From sequence record OR352947.1: 64,000 nucleotides of DNA; one strand, 5' to 3'. The DNA comes from Escherichia phage AV117. The notes under the pieces are model-generated. The model ran no database searches, was not told the origin of the DNA, and was given only the letters and a program-made list of their open reading frames with translations. The position numbers and the translations under genes are program-made. This document shows, piece after piece, positions 34,203 through 42,897 of this stretch (position 1 is its first letter; each line of letters begins with the position of its first letter).

Positions 34203-35872
34203 TGATGAGTGATATCGCCACCGATTGGACGATAAGAAACACCGGTTTCTTTATCAGTTAGTACCCATTTACCAGGATTTTTTGTAATCAGAGTAGCCGT
34301 TACAGGTTCTGCTACGTCATAACTAATAGAGCCGTCCTGAAGTACACGGCCCATGTTACGTAATTGCTTAGTCAGAAGTTCCATACCTTTATAATATGCG
34401 GCTACCGCTTTAAGTGGATTATTCTTGAAATAACCACCTAATGCAATCCAGATAATTGCCGCTGCCAAATGATGATACTCGTTAAACGAACTCATCTTTC
34501 CATATTTGTAAACTAATGGATTGATGTTAATAGACACATTACAAGTTGTTTCATCGATAGTAAACTGTCCCCAGGTCGGATTAGCATTGAATTCATCATA
34601 ACCTGAAACAGCGTAAAGCACTTTAGCTTCATCATACAATTTTGGGCCGTAAATCTTGGTTTCGCCAAAATATCCACGAGGGTCGATAAACTTGACTTCG
34701 CCGTTATCAGTAATCATAGTATTACTGAAGTTCGGGTCACCATGAATAACAGAGTACTGTCCCTGAGAACGGTTATGATAACGAATAAGGTGTTCTAAAG
34801 CTTGTTTCAGCATTGGTTTCAGACGCCCAATCTTAGTGTAGTTCACATGTGTGATTTTACCAAATGAATCAATCAATGGTTGAATACTTTCACAACGATC
34901 AATGACTTTAGTATAGAATTCTTTAGTGAAATCACGACGAACAGTTTCAGGACTTACAAAATAAGTGTCTGTGCTGAATTTCAGTGCGTCTAAAATTGCA
35001 TCAACAATTTGTGGACGAGCAAGACTCGATTTGGATTTAATATATTCAAATGCTGGCTTACCTTTAATGCGTTCCATTTCAAAGTTATTTTCATTAACAG
35101 AAACTAACTGAGGAACTGAATCTGATTTCACTTTAAGATACCATGAAATCTCATCTTTCTGAAGAGCTCGACCCTGTTCGGTTAATGCGAATTTAGTTAC
35201 AGTTTCTTCACCAATTTCAACTGCATTAAAACTACGATTAAGTTCACGAACTTCATGAGCTTTTTCAAGTTTAGGCATATCACCTAAATCAATTAGATTC
35301 ATAAGCTCTGATTTATTGAATGCGCTGCCGTAAAGGAATTCTACGAAATCGCGTCCTTTGCAGTATTCATGAATTTCCTCATCAGTAGAACCCATATAGA
35401 ATTCCCAGTCTTTGAACTGATAAATTCCTACAACATTACCACCTGTTGAACCTACGTTAGTGATATTTTCACCGTCGAAATTATATCGACATTCGTCACC
35501 CTTAACATAGATTGCGTTAACATTCCAAGACCATGAACCAAAATCAGGAATAATATCACACCAGTTAACAATTACATTATGGCCGTCTAAATCTTTGTGC
35601 AATTTAGCAAGAGCATAAGCAGAACCATACGCTTCATCAACTGTACGAATAGTCACATTGAACCCTTCTTGCTCACAATAAGCTCGAACAGTTTCAGCAA
35701 ATTTTGAATGAACTACTACAATAATTTCATCTGCGCCAAGGTCAGAATAAATTGTATACAAATTGCTCAGAATAGTGTCTTGTTTATAATTAACAAGCAC
35801 CTTAGGAATATGATGCGTTATTGGATACAAACGAGTTGCCAGTCCAGCACCAAGAATAACAGCTTTTTTCAT
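34187..35872 (-). CDS. bifunctional sugar-1-phosphate nucleotidyltransferase (N-terminal) / APH-like anomeric sugar kinase (C-terminal)
   Basis: 561 aa; N-terminal AVILGAGLATRLYPIT..IPK (RmlA/GlmU-type GxGTRL motif); C-terminal VIHGDPNFSNTMI and FIDPRG (HxDxxxxN catalytic loop and IDxxG of aminoglycoside/choline-kinase fold). Confidence 0.7.
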   Translation of the reverse strand: MKKAVILGAGLATRLYPITHHIPKVLVNYKQDTILSNLYTIYSDLGADEIIVVVHSKFAETVRAYCEQEGFNVTIRTVDEAYGSAYALAKLHKDLDGHNVIVNWCDIIPDFGSWSWNVNAIYVKGDECRYNFDGENITNVGSTGGNVVGIYQFKDWEFYMGSTDEEIHEYCKGRDFVEFLYGSAFNKSELMNLIDLGDMPKLEKAHEVRELNRSFNAVEIGEETVTKFALTEQGRALQKDEISWYLKVKSDSVPQLVSVNENNFEMERIKGKPAFEYIKSKSSLARPQIVDAILDALKFSTDTYFVSPETVRRDFTKEFYTKVIDRCESIQPLIDSFGKITHVNYTKIGRLKPMLKQALEHLIRYHNRSQGQYSVIHGDPNFSNTMITDNGEVKFIDPRGYFGETKIYGPKLYDEAKVLYAVSGYDEFNANPTWGQFTIDETTCNVSININPLVYKYGKMSSFNEYHHLAAAIIWIALGGYFKNNPLKAVAAYYKGMELLTKQLRNMGRVLQDGSISYDVAEPVTATLITKNPGKWVLTDKETGVSYRPIGGDITHQWERI

Positions 35873-35913
35873 GTTGTGGTCCTCATTGGTAAGTAGGAGT
35901 ATTGTACACTATT

Positions 35914-36057
35914 CTAGTTAAAGCATTCATACTTTGCTTGTAGTCCAATCATAATCCATCCGATTATAAGAGTCGGAACCATTACTGGAGCCGTTAAGCT
36001 CCAGTAGATAGTCATGACAAGCATCAATAGTAAAAGTCCTATTGTTATTGCTTTCAT
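35914..36057 (-). CDS. small membrane protein (about 47 aa), translationally coupled to the isomerase gene
   Basis: MKAITIGLLLLMLVMTIYWSL...; ATG overlaps the SIS gene stop (ATGA); GAGG RBS; approximate. Confidence 0.35.
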   Translation of the reverse strand: MKAITIGLLLLMLVMTIYWSLTAPVMVPTLIIGWIMIGLQAKYECFN

Positions 36058-36689
36058 TGTTCGCCTCGTAACATGGCACCTAGTGCACCGCCAGGGTGGA
36101 ACTTAAGGAAGTCATTAGAGGTAAATCCACGCTCAGACGAAAGGTTGATAGCAAACGTATCGATAAGCGCTAACAACAATGTAGTGGACATAGTCGGAGC
36201 CAGAGAATTCTCATCAACCTCTACTGCGATGCCTGTACAGAAAGAGTAATCAAAAAGGGCTTCATTTTCTTGTGGAATGTCTGGGTTACAATGCAACAGA
36301 ATCTGTTTGACGTTAGGACGAATCATTTTAAGATGCTTAGCCACGCCTATCATTTCTTCAGTTTTACCAGAACGACTAATATGAATCAACACATCATTAG
36401 GCGCAATGAATCCTGCATCACCGTGAGAATAATGCCCAGTGTTCAAGTACATACTCGGGATACCGAGTGAAGCAAATGTCTCAGAAGCTTTAGTTGCAAT
36501 ATTAGCATTCTTACCAACACCCGTAATAATTACTCGGCTTTCATAATTACTAAGTCCAGGGCGTCGAAGAGTTTCTAGAATAGCATTATAACGAGCAGGG
36601 TTTTGACTAATTACTTTGGCCATAGCGGCCAAAGAAGAAGCTTGTTTTATGATTGCGTCAATAGCGATAGTAATAGGAGTAGTTTTCAT
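36054..36689 (-). CDS. arabinose-5-phosphate isomerase-like SIS-domain protein (KpsF/GutQ-type, no CBS domains)
   Basis: 211 aa; FASLGIPSMYLNTGHYSHGDAGFI, ISRSGKTEEM, LAPTMSTTLLLALIDTFAI and RGFTSNDFLKFHPGGALG align block-for-block with the KpsF motifs I recall. Confidence 0.78.
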   Translation of the reverse strand: MKTTPITIAIDAIIKQASSLAAMAKVISQNPARYNAILETLRRPGLSNYESRVIITGVGKNANIATKASETFASLGIPSMYLNTGHYSHGDAGFIAPNDVLIHISRSGKTEEMIGVAKHLKMIRPNVKQILLHCNPDIPQENEALFDYSFCTGIAVEVDENSLAPTMSTTLLLALIDTFAINLSSERGFTSNDFLKFHPGGALGAMLRGEQ

Positions 36690-36729
36690 ATTTCTCTCAT
36701 TTAATTAGTTTACCGTCCATGACATTATA

Positions 36730-39441
36730 TCAAAAATCGAACATATCGAACAGAGATGCTTTCTTCTCGTAATCGAGTTTCGCTGCTGATGTGAATCCTT
36801 CAAGTGGTTTAATAAATGTCTTCTCAAGGAGAACAGTGTAGTCCATCCAATGAAGTACGTCGTCTTTAATTAAATCTGTGATTTCAGTACCAGAAGGCCA
36901 TGCGATACATTTATCACCGAATGGGTTTCCTTCACGTAAAGGCAGAACATATACTTTTTCACCTTCTACAACTTGCGGTGCATCGATATTACCTTTGATA
37001 GCCCGGTTATACGTCAGAATTCCACGAATATGGAATGGACATTTAGGACCAGGGAATCCACCTACATCATATTTAGCAATGTTATTCGCAGAAGATACCG
37101 ACGCGATGCTAATATAATTCAATTGACGGAATTCTTTTTCAAACTCTTTAAAATATTCTTGTAATGATTCTTCACCTTCTTGAAGCATACGACGAATACA
37201 TTCTTTAAGAGCTTTCTGTACTGCTTTAGGAGTCGAAGATTTCTGAGTCTCTAGACCCATGATTTTGAGTTTAGGCTCAGCGTAACGAGTACCTTCCATA
37301 TCCCACACGTTTAATGCATAACGTTTCTTACCAGTCCAGAATCCGCCAATACCTTTAGAACCAAGCGGAGGCCCAGCGATAGCTTCTCGGTCCATGAACA
37401 TTAAGTGTTGTTTATTGTTCATGTATTCACACATTTCACGGAAACCTCTATCAATAGCTGGTTCCATACGTTCACGTGCAAACTTATCTAAGAAGTCTAC
37501 CCAATGGTTGGTATCACGGAATTTAGATTCACCAACCTTATCGATAATTTTATCAGCAGATACGTAAATAGAGTCTGTATCACCGTAAAGAACGAAAGCT
37601 TCACCTTCTGTGCCACAAACTTCATTCAGATATTCATTAACTTTACGTTCAATCCACTGTAAAGCCATTTGACCAAATGTTGTGATTGCAGTAGCATTAC
37701 GCAAATCATAATAACGGAACCAAACGTTTCCAAGTGCACCATAAAGTGAGTTGATAAGCAATTTACGGTTAATTTGGGCAGTCATACCTGCAACTTCAGT
37801 ACGTTGAGCTCTAAACAACATTTCATTAAGAGATTTAGCAGACAACTTTTTAATCTTTTCTTTAATCTCATCACTGAAGTCGAAACGATAATCAACATCT
37901 AATGGTTCGTCAACAGAAAGATTAGGATTATGCAATGCCTCTTTAATTATTTCACCATTACGTTGAGCTGCAAGCATGTAACCTTTATGTTCTTTACGTT
38001 GATTAAAGACCTTAGTGATTTCGGTTGGAACTACACCGTCACGGTCTTTATAATACATCATGCCGTTAGGAGAACAACTGTACACATCAGAAGGACGCTC
38101 AGCGATTGCGTTAATATAATCATGCAGTGGAGCTACTTTAAACGTTCCTGCTATTGTTTCTGGGCTAATATTCACTTGGCGAATAATACTTGGATACAGA
38201 GATGTAAGGTCGAAACTCATTACATATTTGTATCGATTTGGAATAGGTTCCTTAACAAAAGCGCCAGGATAAGGTTGAACCGGGTGAGAACGACCTTGTG
38301 GAATCACCTTGTTCTGCTCTTTAAGGCTATTAAAAATAATAGCATCCCATGTTTTAATTGGACTAAACACAGATTGAATCTGTATCTTAGCATAATAACC
38401 CATGTCCAAGCTCAAGTTAATGAACTGACGTTTACCATCAATTTGCAATACACGATACACGTCGATAATGTTATAAGAAATATATCGTTGGTGATTGCTT
38501 TCACGAAGCTTAGAAATAGGGCCGTCATATTTCAGTTTACCAACGTTCAATTCAAATTCTGAAATGTAATCCAGAGAATATGATGGTTGATTGGTAAAAG
38601 AGAATTTTTTGTAAAGGTCAATGTAATCAAGAACAGAGATACCGAACAATGTAATGATTTCACGAGAACCATACATGTTTTCGATAACTTTAACACGAGT
38701 TTTACGATGTGGTGACAACCGTTTTGCTGTGGATTCGCCAAAAATATTCTTGATTCGGTTATACACATATGGAATATCAAATGACTCAACGTTCCATCCA
38801 GTCAAAATGACAGGAGTTTTCTGTTGCCAGAAGTTGAGATATTCCATCAACAATTCTTTTTCGTTATCGAACGGCATATAAATGATTTTATCGATAATTT
38901 CGGATGGAACTTCATCACCACCTTGTTCTTGAAGCTTAGCCGCAATTTCGATAGACCATTCTTCTACATTACCATATGGAGAATTCAATAGATCAAATAC
39001 GTAGAACCTGTCGTCAATTGAGTCATAATGGGTGATAGCATCAATCGGATGTTTTGCTTGTGACGGCTCAGGGAACCCGTCCGGAGATGTTACTTCGATG
39101 TCGAAGTTAGCCACACGAATTTTTGTATGGTCGTATTTGATTTCATAGTTATAAGTGTCAGACAAATACGCTAATTTGAAATCGTCCATGCCAAGTGCTT
39201 CAAGTCCGATATCTTCCATGCGTTTAATCCATTGGGAGGCATCACGCATATTGGCGAACAACTTACGAGTACACGGCTTACCGTAGATATCGAAATATTT
39301 CGTAGCCTGACTTTCTGGACAATGAGCAAACAGTGATGGTTTATATTCTACTTCACGAGTACGTTCACGGCCATTAGAATCGATGTAACGTTCAAAAATT
39401 GAATCACCAATCTGTTCAACCGTTAAGTAAAATTCTTTCAT
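36730..39441 (-). CDS. 43: DNA polymerase gp43 (family B)
   Basis: 903 aa; exo motifs (FDIEV, YNIIDV), polymerase motifs (DxxSLYPS, YGDTDS); N-terminus MKEFYLTVEQIGDSIFERYIDSNGRERTREVEYKPSLFAH matches the RB69 polymerase as I recall it. Confidence 0.97.
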   Translation of the reverse strand: MKEFYLTVEQIGDSIFERYIDSNGRERTREVEYKPSLFAHCPESQATKYFDIYGKPCTRKLFANMRDASQWIKRMEDIGLEALGMDDFKLAYLSDTYNYEIKYDHTKIRVANFDIEVTSPDGFPEPSQAKHPIDAITHYDSIDDRFYVFDLLNSPYGNVEEWSIEIAAKLQEQGGDEVPSEIIDKIIYMPFDNEKELLMEYLNFWQQKTPVILTGWNVESFDIPYVYNRIKNIFGESTAKRLSPHRKTRVKVIENMYGSREIITLFGISVLDYIDLYKKFSFTNQPSYSLDYISEFELNVGKLKYDGPISKLRESNHQRYISYNIIDVYRVLQIDGKRQFINLSLDMGYYAKIQIQSVFSPIKTWDAIIFNSLKEQNKVIPQGRSHPVQPYPGAFVKEPIPNRYKYVMSFDLTSLYPSIIRQVNISPETIAGTFKVAPLHDYINAIAERPSDVYSCSPNGMMYYKDRDGVVPTEITKVFNQRKEHKGYMLAAQRNGEIIKEALHNPNLSVDEPLDVDYRFDFSDEIKEKIKKLSAKSLNEMLFRAQRTEVAGMTAQINRKLLINSLYGALGNVWFRYYDLRNATAITTFGQMALQWIERKVNEYLNEVCGTEGEAFVLYGDTDSIYVSADKIIDKVGESKFRDTNHWVDFLDKFARERMEPAIDRGFREMCEYMNNKQHLMFMDREAIAGPPLGSKGIGGFWTGKKRYALNVWDMEGTRYAEPKLKIMGLETQKSSTPKAVQKALKECIRRMLQEGEESLQEYFKEFEKEFRQLNYISIASVSSANNIAKYDVGGFPGPKCPFHIRGILTYNRAIKGNIDAPQVVEGEKVYVLPLREGNPFGDKCIAWPSGTEITDLIKDDVLHWMDYTVLLEKTFIKPLEGFTSAAKLDYEKKASLFDMFDF

Positions 39442-39499
39442 TTAATTTCCTTTAGACGAGTTATTGTCTTTTGTTTGTTGATGAACTTATTATACTCCA

Positions 39500-39519
39500 A
39501 ATGGGACCGAAGTCCCATT
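39500..39519 (-). terminator. UUCG-tetraloop terminator after regA
   Basis: tgggac-cgaa-gtccca; a TATAAT box for gene 43 follows immediately downstream on the coding strand. Confidence 0.55.
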
Positions 39520-39522
39520 GCT

Positions 39523-39900
39523 TTAATTACCAATTGTATATTTTGCTTTCAAAGTCCAGTCATCTTTCTGTTTAAAAGAGATAACACGGAAGTTATTAGT
39601 CAAGCCAAACAGATCTTCACGAGCAGAGTCTTCAATAACAATCAATCCCCAGTCTTCAAGCAACTGAGCAATCGAATCACGTCGCTGATAGTCTTCACCG
39701 TCAATATCAACCAGACGTCCGTCCATACGCAGCATTTCTTTAAAGTGGACGATGTAATATTTACCTTGCTTTTGGAGGATATGACAAGACTGGTAAAGGA
39801 CTTTATCCTTGTTATTAGCGATGCCCATACGGGTCAAAGTCTCTTTGACTTTCAGAAAATCTTCAGGGTTCTTCAATTTAATTTCAATCATTTTTACCAT
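39523..39900 (-). CDS. regA: translational repressor RegA
   Basis: start probably MIEIKL; [36 protein letters not shown] matches my recollection of T4 RegA. Confidence 0.92.
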   Translation of the reverse strand: MVKMIEIKLKNPEDFLKVKETLTRMGIANNKDKVLYQSCHILQKQGKYYIVHFKEMLRMDGRLVDIDGEDYQRRDSIAQLLEDWGLIVIEDSAREDLFGLTNNFRVISFKQKDDWTLKAKYTIGN

Positions 39901-40457
39901 TCCAATGCTAATTTTTTAAATTGTTTTTGTTCTTTCACATTTTTTGTAACTTCTTTGAGAAACTCATCAGTGACCATGGCCTTCAGTTCTTTAAGGACTA
40001 TTGGCAACTTGTTATTTTTTTCAAGGAGCCGCTTATACTCAGTAGCATCATTCATGTTGATTGTGTAATGTTTCATCAACAGTTTGATAACTAGTAACTC
40101 TGAAGTGTCTTCGACTAGTTTAGCCCATTTAGAGAATCGACGACCACGAGGAATTGCCGCCATCATATAGTTGAAGTGCGCTTCATCACTTAATTCAGAA
40201 CCGACTAAGTTCATCATGTAAACAGCTGGCATACATTCTGGGAACTGGGATAATGAGTTCTCAACCATAAATTTTGAGTAGTCGACCTGAGCAATTGACA
40301 TAGATTTCTTTTCATTAATAGCATTAATGATTTTAAAGAATTCATTCTCAGGTTTTTCTTTAAACATATCAGCACATTTTTGAATCGCATCAGCGTCATT
40401 AGACTTCCATGCAATTTGGTGCTCGTTAAGCCGGACGTCATCATCGAATAAGTTCAT
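39894..40457 (-). CDS. 62: clamp loader small subunit gp62
   Basis: 187 aa (T4 gp62 is 187 aa as I recall); directly downstream of gene 44. Confidence 0.85.
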   Translation of the reverse strand: MNLFDDDVRLNEHQIAWKSNDADAIQKCADMFKEKPENEFFKIINAINEKKSMSIAQVDYSKFMVENSLSQFPECMPAVYMMNLVGSELSDEAHFNYMMAAIPRGRRFSKWAKLVEDTSELLVIKLLMKHYTINMNDATEYKRLLEKNNKLPIVLKELKAMVTDEFLKEVTKNVKEQKQFKKLALEW

Positions 40458-40458
40458 A

Positions 40459-41421
40459 TTATTTCCAAGTCAGTTCGCAGGTCAGTTGAAGAAGCATATA
40501 CATAACATGTAATTCAATATTACTTGCTAATCCATGAAACTTATTGTTTTCGCCTGCAATTTCATAAAGCGAAATAATACTTTTACCAGGTGCAACTTGG
40601 TCATAACATTCTGAAACTAATTTATCGATGAACCATGAATAATCTGCGGCATATTTTGGAGCTAATGCACGAAGCTGTTTGATATCTTTGTTCTTCATTG
40701 CTTCGATAACATCAGAGACTGTGCCACGGTCATTAGTTACGATAGACAAAATACCCGCATCAAGAACACCTTTAGACGAGTACTGGTCTAATTGACCAAT
40801 TGTGCGACGAAAGTCTGGGAAGTTCTTTTTAACCAGAGCTGCAACAACTTTCATATCAGCGATTTCGATATTTTCATTCTTACAGATTTCAACCATACGA
40901 TGAATCATTTTCTTCATCATCGAGATTTTATCTTCTTCGGTTGGACGTCCGAATTCGATAACTCGACAACGACTACGTAATGGTTCAATAATTCCATCGA
41001 TGTTGTTAGCAGTAATAATAATAGAACAGTTACTAGAGAATTCTTCCATAAACGTACGAAGGTGTCGTTGTGATTCGGCGAGGCCACTACGGTCAAATTC
41101 ATCAATAACAATAACTTTAGGCTTGCCTTCCATTGAGACTGAACGAGCGAATGCGGTTAACGGACCCCGCACAAAATCAATCTTACAATCAGAACCGTTG
41201 ACGAACATCATTTCGGCATTGATATCATTACATAATGCTTTTGCTACGGTTGTTTTACCTGTACCAGGAGAAGGAGAGTGCAAAATAATATGAGGAAGTT
41301 TTCCTTTAGATACTAAAGACTTGAATGTTTCATGGTCATACGCAGGCAGAATACATTCGTCAATGGAAGAAGGACGATATTTCTGTTCTAGAATGTGTTC
41401 TTTGGAATTGATAGTAATCAT
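40459..41421 (-). CDS. 44: clamp loader ATPase subunit gp44 (AAA+)
   Basis: 320 aa; Walker [11 protein letters not shown], Walker [12 protein letters not shown]-like motif. Confidence 0.93.
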   Translation of the reverse strand: MITINSKEHILEQKYRPSSIDECILPAYDHETFKSLVSKGKLPHIILHSPSPGTGKTTVAKALCNDINAEMMFVNGSDCKIDFVRGPLTAFARSVSMEGKPKVIVIDEFDRSGLAESQRHLRTFMEEFSSNCSIIITANNIDGIIEPLRSRCRVIEFGRPTEEDKISMMKKMIHRMVEICKNENIEIADMKVVAALVKKNFPDFRRTIGQLDQYSSKGVLDAGILSIVTNDRGTVSDVIEAMKNKDIKQLRALAPKYAADYSWFIDKLVSECYDQVAPGKSIISLYEIAGENNKFHGLASNIELHVMYMLLQLTCELTWK

Positions 41422-41496
41422 GTAATTTTCCTCATTATCATTAAACTGGAGGATTTCTCCTCCATAATCGTATCACAATAAACGTAAAGCTTTAAC

Positions 41497-42198
41497 TTAA
41501 AAGTCGTGAGTAGAATCGGCTTCCATCGCAATAACATAACTTACTTGAGAGCTTTCAAACTTGGCTGCAACTTTATCACCAGCTCCCCACAGCATTACTT
41601 TATAGTTACCTGGCTGGATTTTCATATTAGCCATATTGATTACGAAGTTAAAATTGTTAGAACCATCATAATCGGTAAGAGTCAAAGAATACTTAGGACG
41701 GGTTAGTCCAGAATCTTCAACTTTATTATAGCCATTGATAACAATTTTACCATCTTTATTTGTAATAGCAATTGTATCAATCTGAAGACCACGTGAAACT
41801 CGAAGCAATTGTTGAAGGTCTTCAGCTTTAATTTCAGTAATCACAGAAGCCACTGGGAATTGAATTGGCTTATTAGGAAAAACAATGGTGCTCTTGTCAG
41901 CGGCAGGCCAATAAACCGTGGAACGTGTATCTGCAATTTTAATATTGCCATCGGTGTGCATTGAAATTTCAGCATCATCAGACACTAAACTCAAAATGCT
42001 TAAGAAGCTATTCAAATCATAAAGTGCTACGTCAAAATCAATTTCATCAGAGATATTTGCTTCCGCATAAGTGGTGCCATTAACTGCACGAGTCATAATA
42101 AATTTACCTTGACTCAGCAGAATACCGGAGTTAATAGAGGCAAAGTTTTTCAGAATAGCGATAGTATCTTTAGACAGTTTCATTTTATTTCCTTTCAA
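41497..42198 (-). CDS. 45: sliding clamp gp45
   Basis: start probably second Met (MKLSKDT); long blocks (FIMTRAVNGTTYAEANISD, EIKAEDLQQLLRVSRGLQIDTIAIT, EADSTHDF) match my recollection of T4 gp45. Confidence 0.95.
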   Translation of the reverse strand: MKGNKMKLSKDTIAILKNFASINSGILLSQGKFIMTRAVNGTTYAEANISDEIDFDVALYDLNSFLSILSLVSDDAEISMHTDGNIKIADTRSTVYWPAADKSTIVFPNKPIQFPVASVITEIKAEDLQQLLRVSRGLQIDTIAITNKDGKIVINGYNKVEDSGLTRPKYSLTLTDYDGSNNFNFVINMANMKIQPGNYKVMLWGAGDKVAAKFESSQVSYVIAMEADSTHDF

Positions 42199-42225
42199 GA
42201 CAATTCAAAGTTTATAACAAATTTA

Positions 42226-42642
42226 TTATGCAGCAACCATTTGCTTTTTAATAGCTTCAGGCAGTGATTCAATATATTCTGGAATTTTAGAAGCAACAAT
42301 TTCGCCAGCTGCAATTAGTTGTTCGTCGGCATCAACACAGTAGAGATCTTCCAGACGCTCAGAACCATCTTTATCAAGAACGATTTTTCCGCCGGCTTCA
42401 ATAGAATCTTTATAGTGCTTACGCATCAGATGAATCCACATATCAGATACATCGTTATCAATAAAACCATAAATCATAAAACGAGTTTCTTGTGGCAAAG
42501 ATTGGAGTTTTTTAGCACTTGCGTCATCACAATGCAGGACCCATGCTTTACGAACACGATTATGGTTATGTGGGTTAGCGTCAGTACGGATAGAAGTAAC
42601 TTTCAGATCAGCAGCAGTGAAACCTTTAGCAGTAGTAAACAT
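42226..42642 (-). CDS. hypothetical protein (RpbA map position)
   Basis: 138 aa downstream of gene 45; identity to T4 RpbA not verified. Confidence 0.45.
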   Translation of the reverse strand: MFTTAKGFTAADLKVTSIRTDANPHNHNRVRKAWVLHCDDASAKKLQSLPQETRFMIYGFIDNDVSDMWIHLMRKHYKDSIEAGGKIVLDKDGSERLEDLYCVDADEQLIAAGEIVASKIPEYIESLPEAIKKQMVAA

Positions 42643-42654
42643 ATTATTTCTCTC

Positions 42655-42855
42655 TTATTCGTAGAAGTCGGTAACTGTCCATGCGGAATTGCGATTAGAC
42701 ATTATTTTATTATACTCATCTTTAAAAGCAGATTTGAGCATTTGTTCAGTAACAATATGTTCTTCGCCTGAAAACGTATTGGTCAAAACATATTTTTTAA
42801 TTTCAGGGACAACTAGAAGATGTTGTCCGGTTGAATACTCCATGTTGTTCTCCAT
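42655..42855 (-). CDS. hypothetical protein (66 aa)
   Basis: ORF. Confidence 0.4.
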   Translation of the reverse strand: MENNMEYSTGQHLLVVPEIKKYVLTNTFSGEEHIVTEQMLKSAFKDEYNKIMSNRNSAWTVTDFYE

Positions 42856-42897
42856 TTAATTTGATGTGGTCATTATAACCACATCGTGTTAAAGCGT

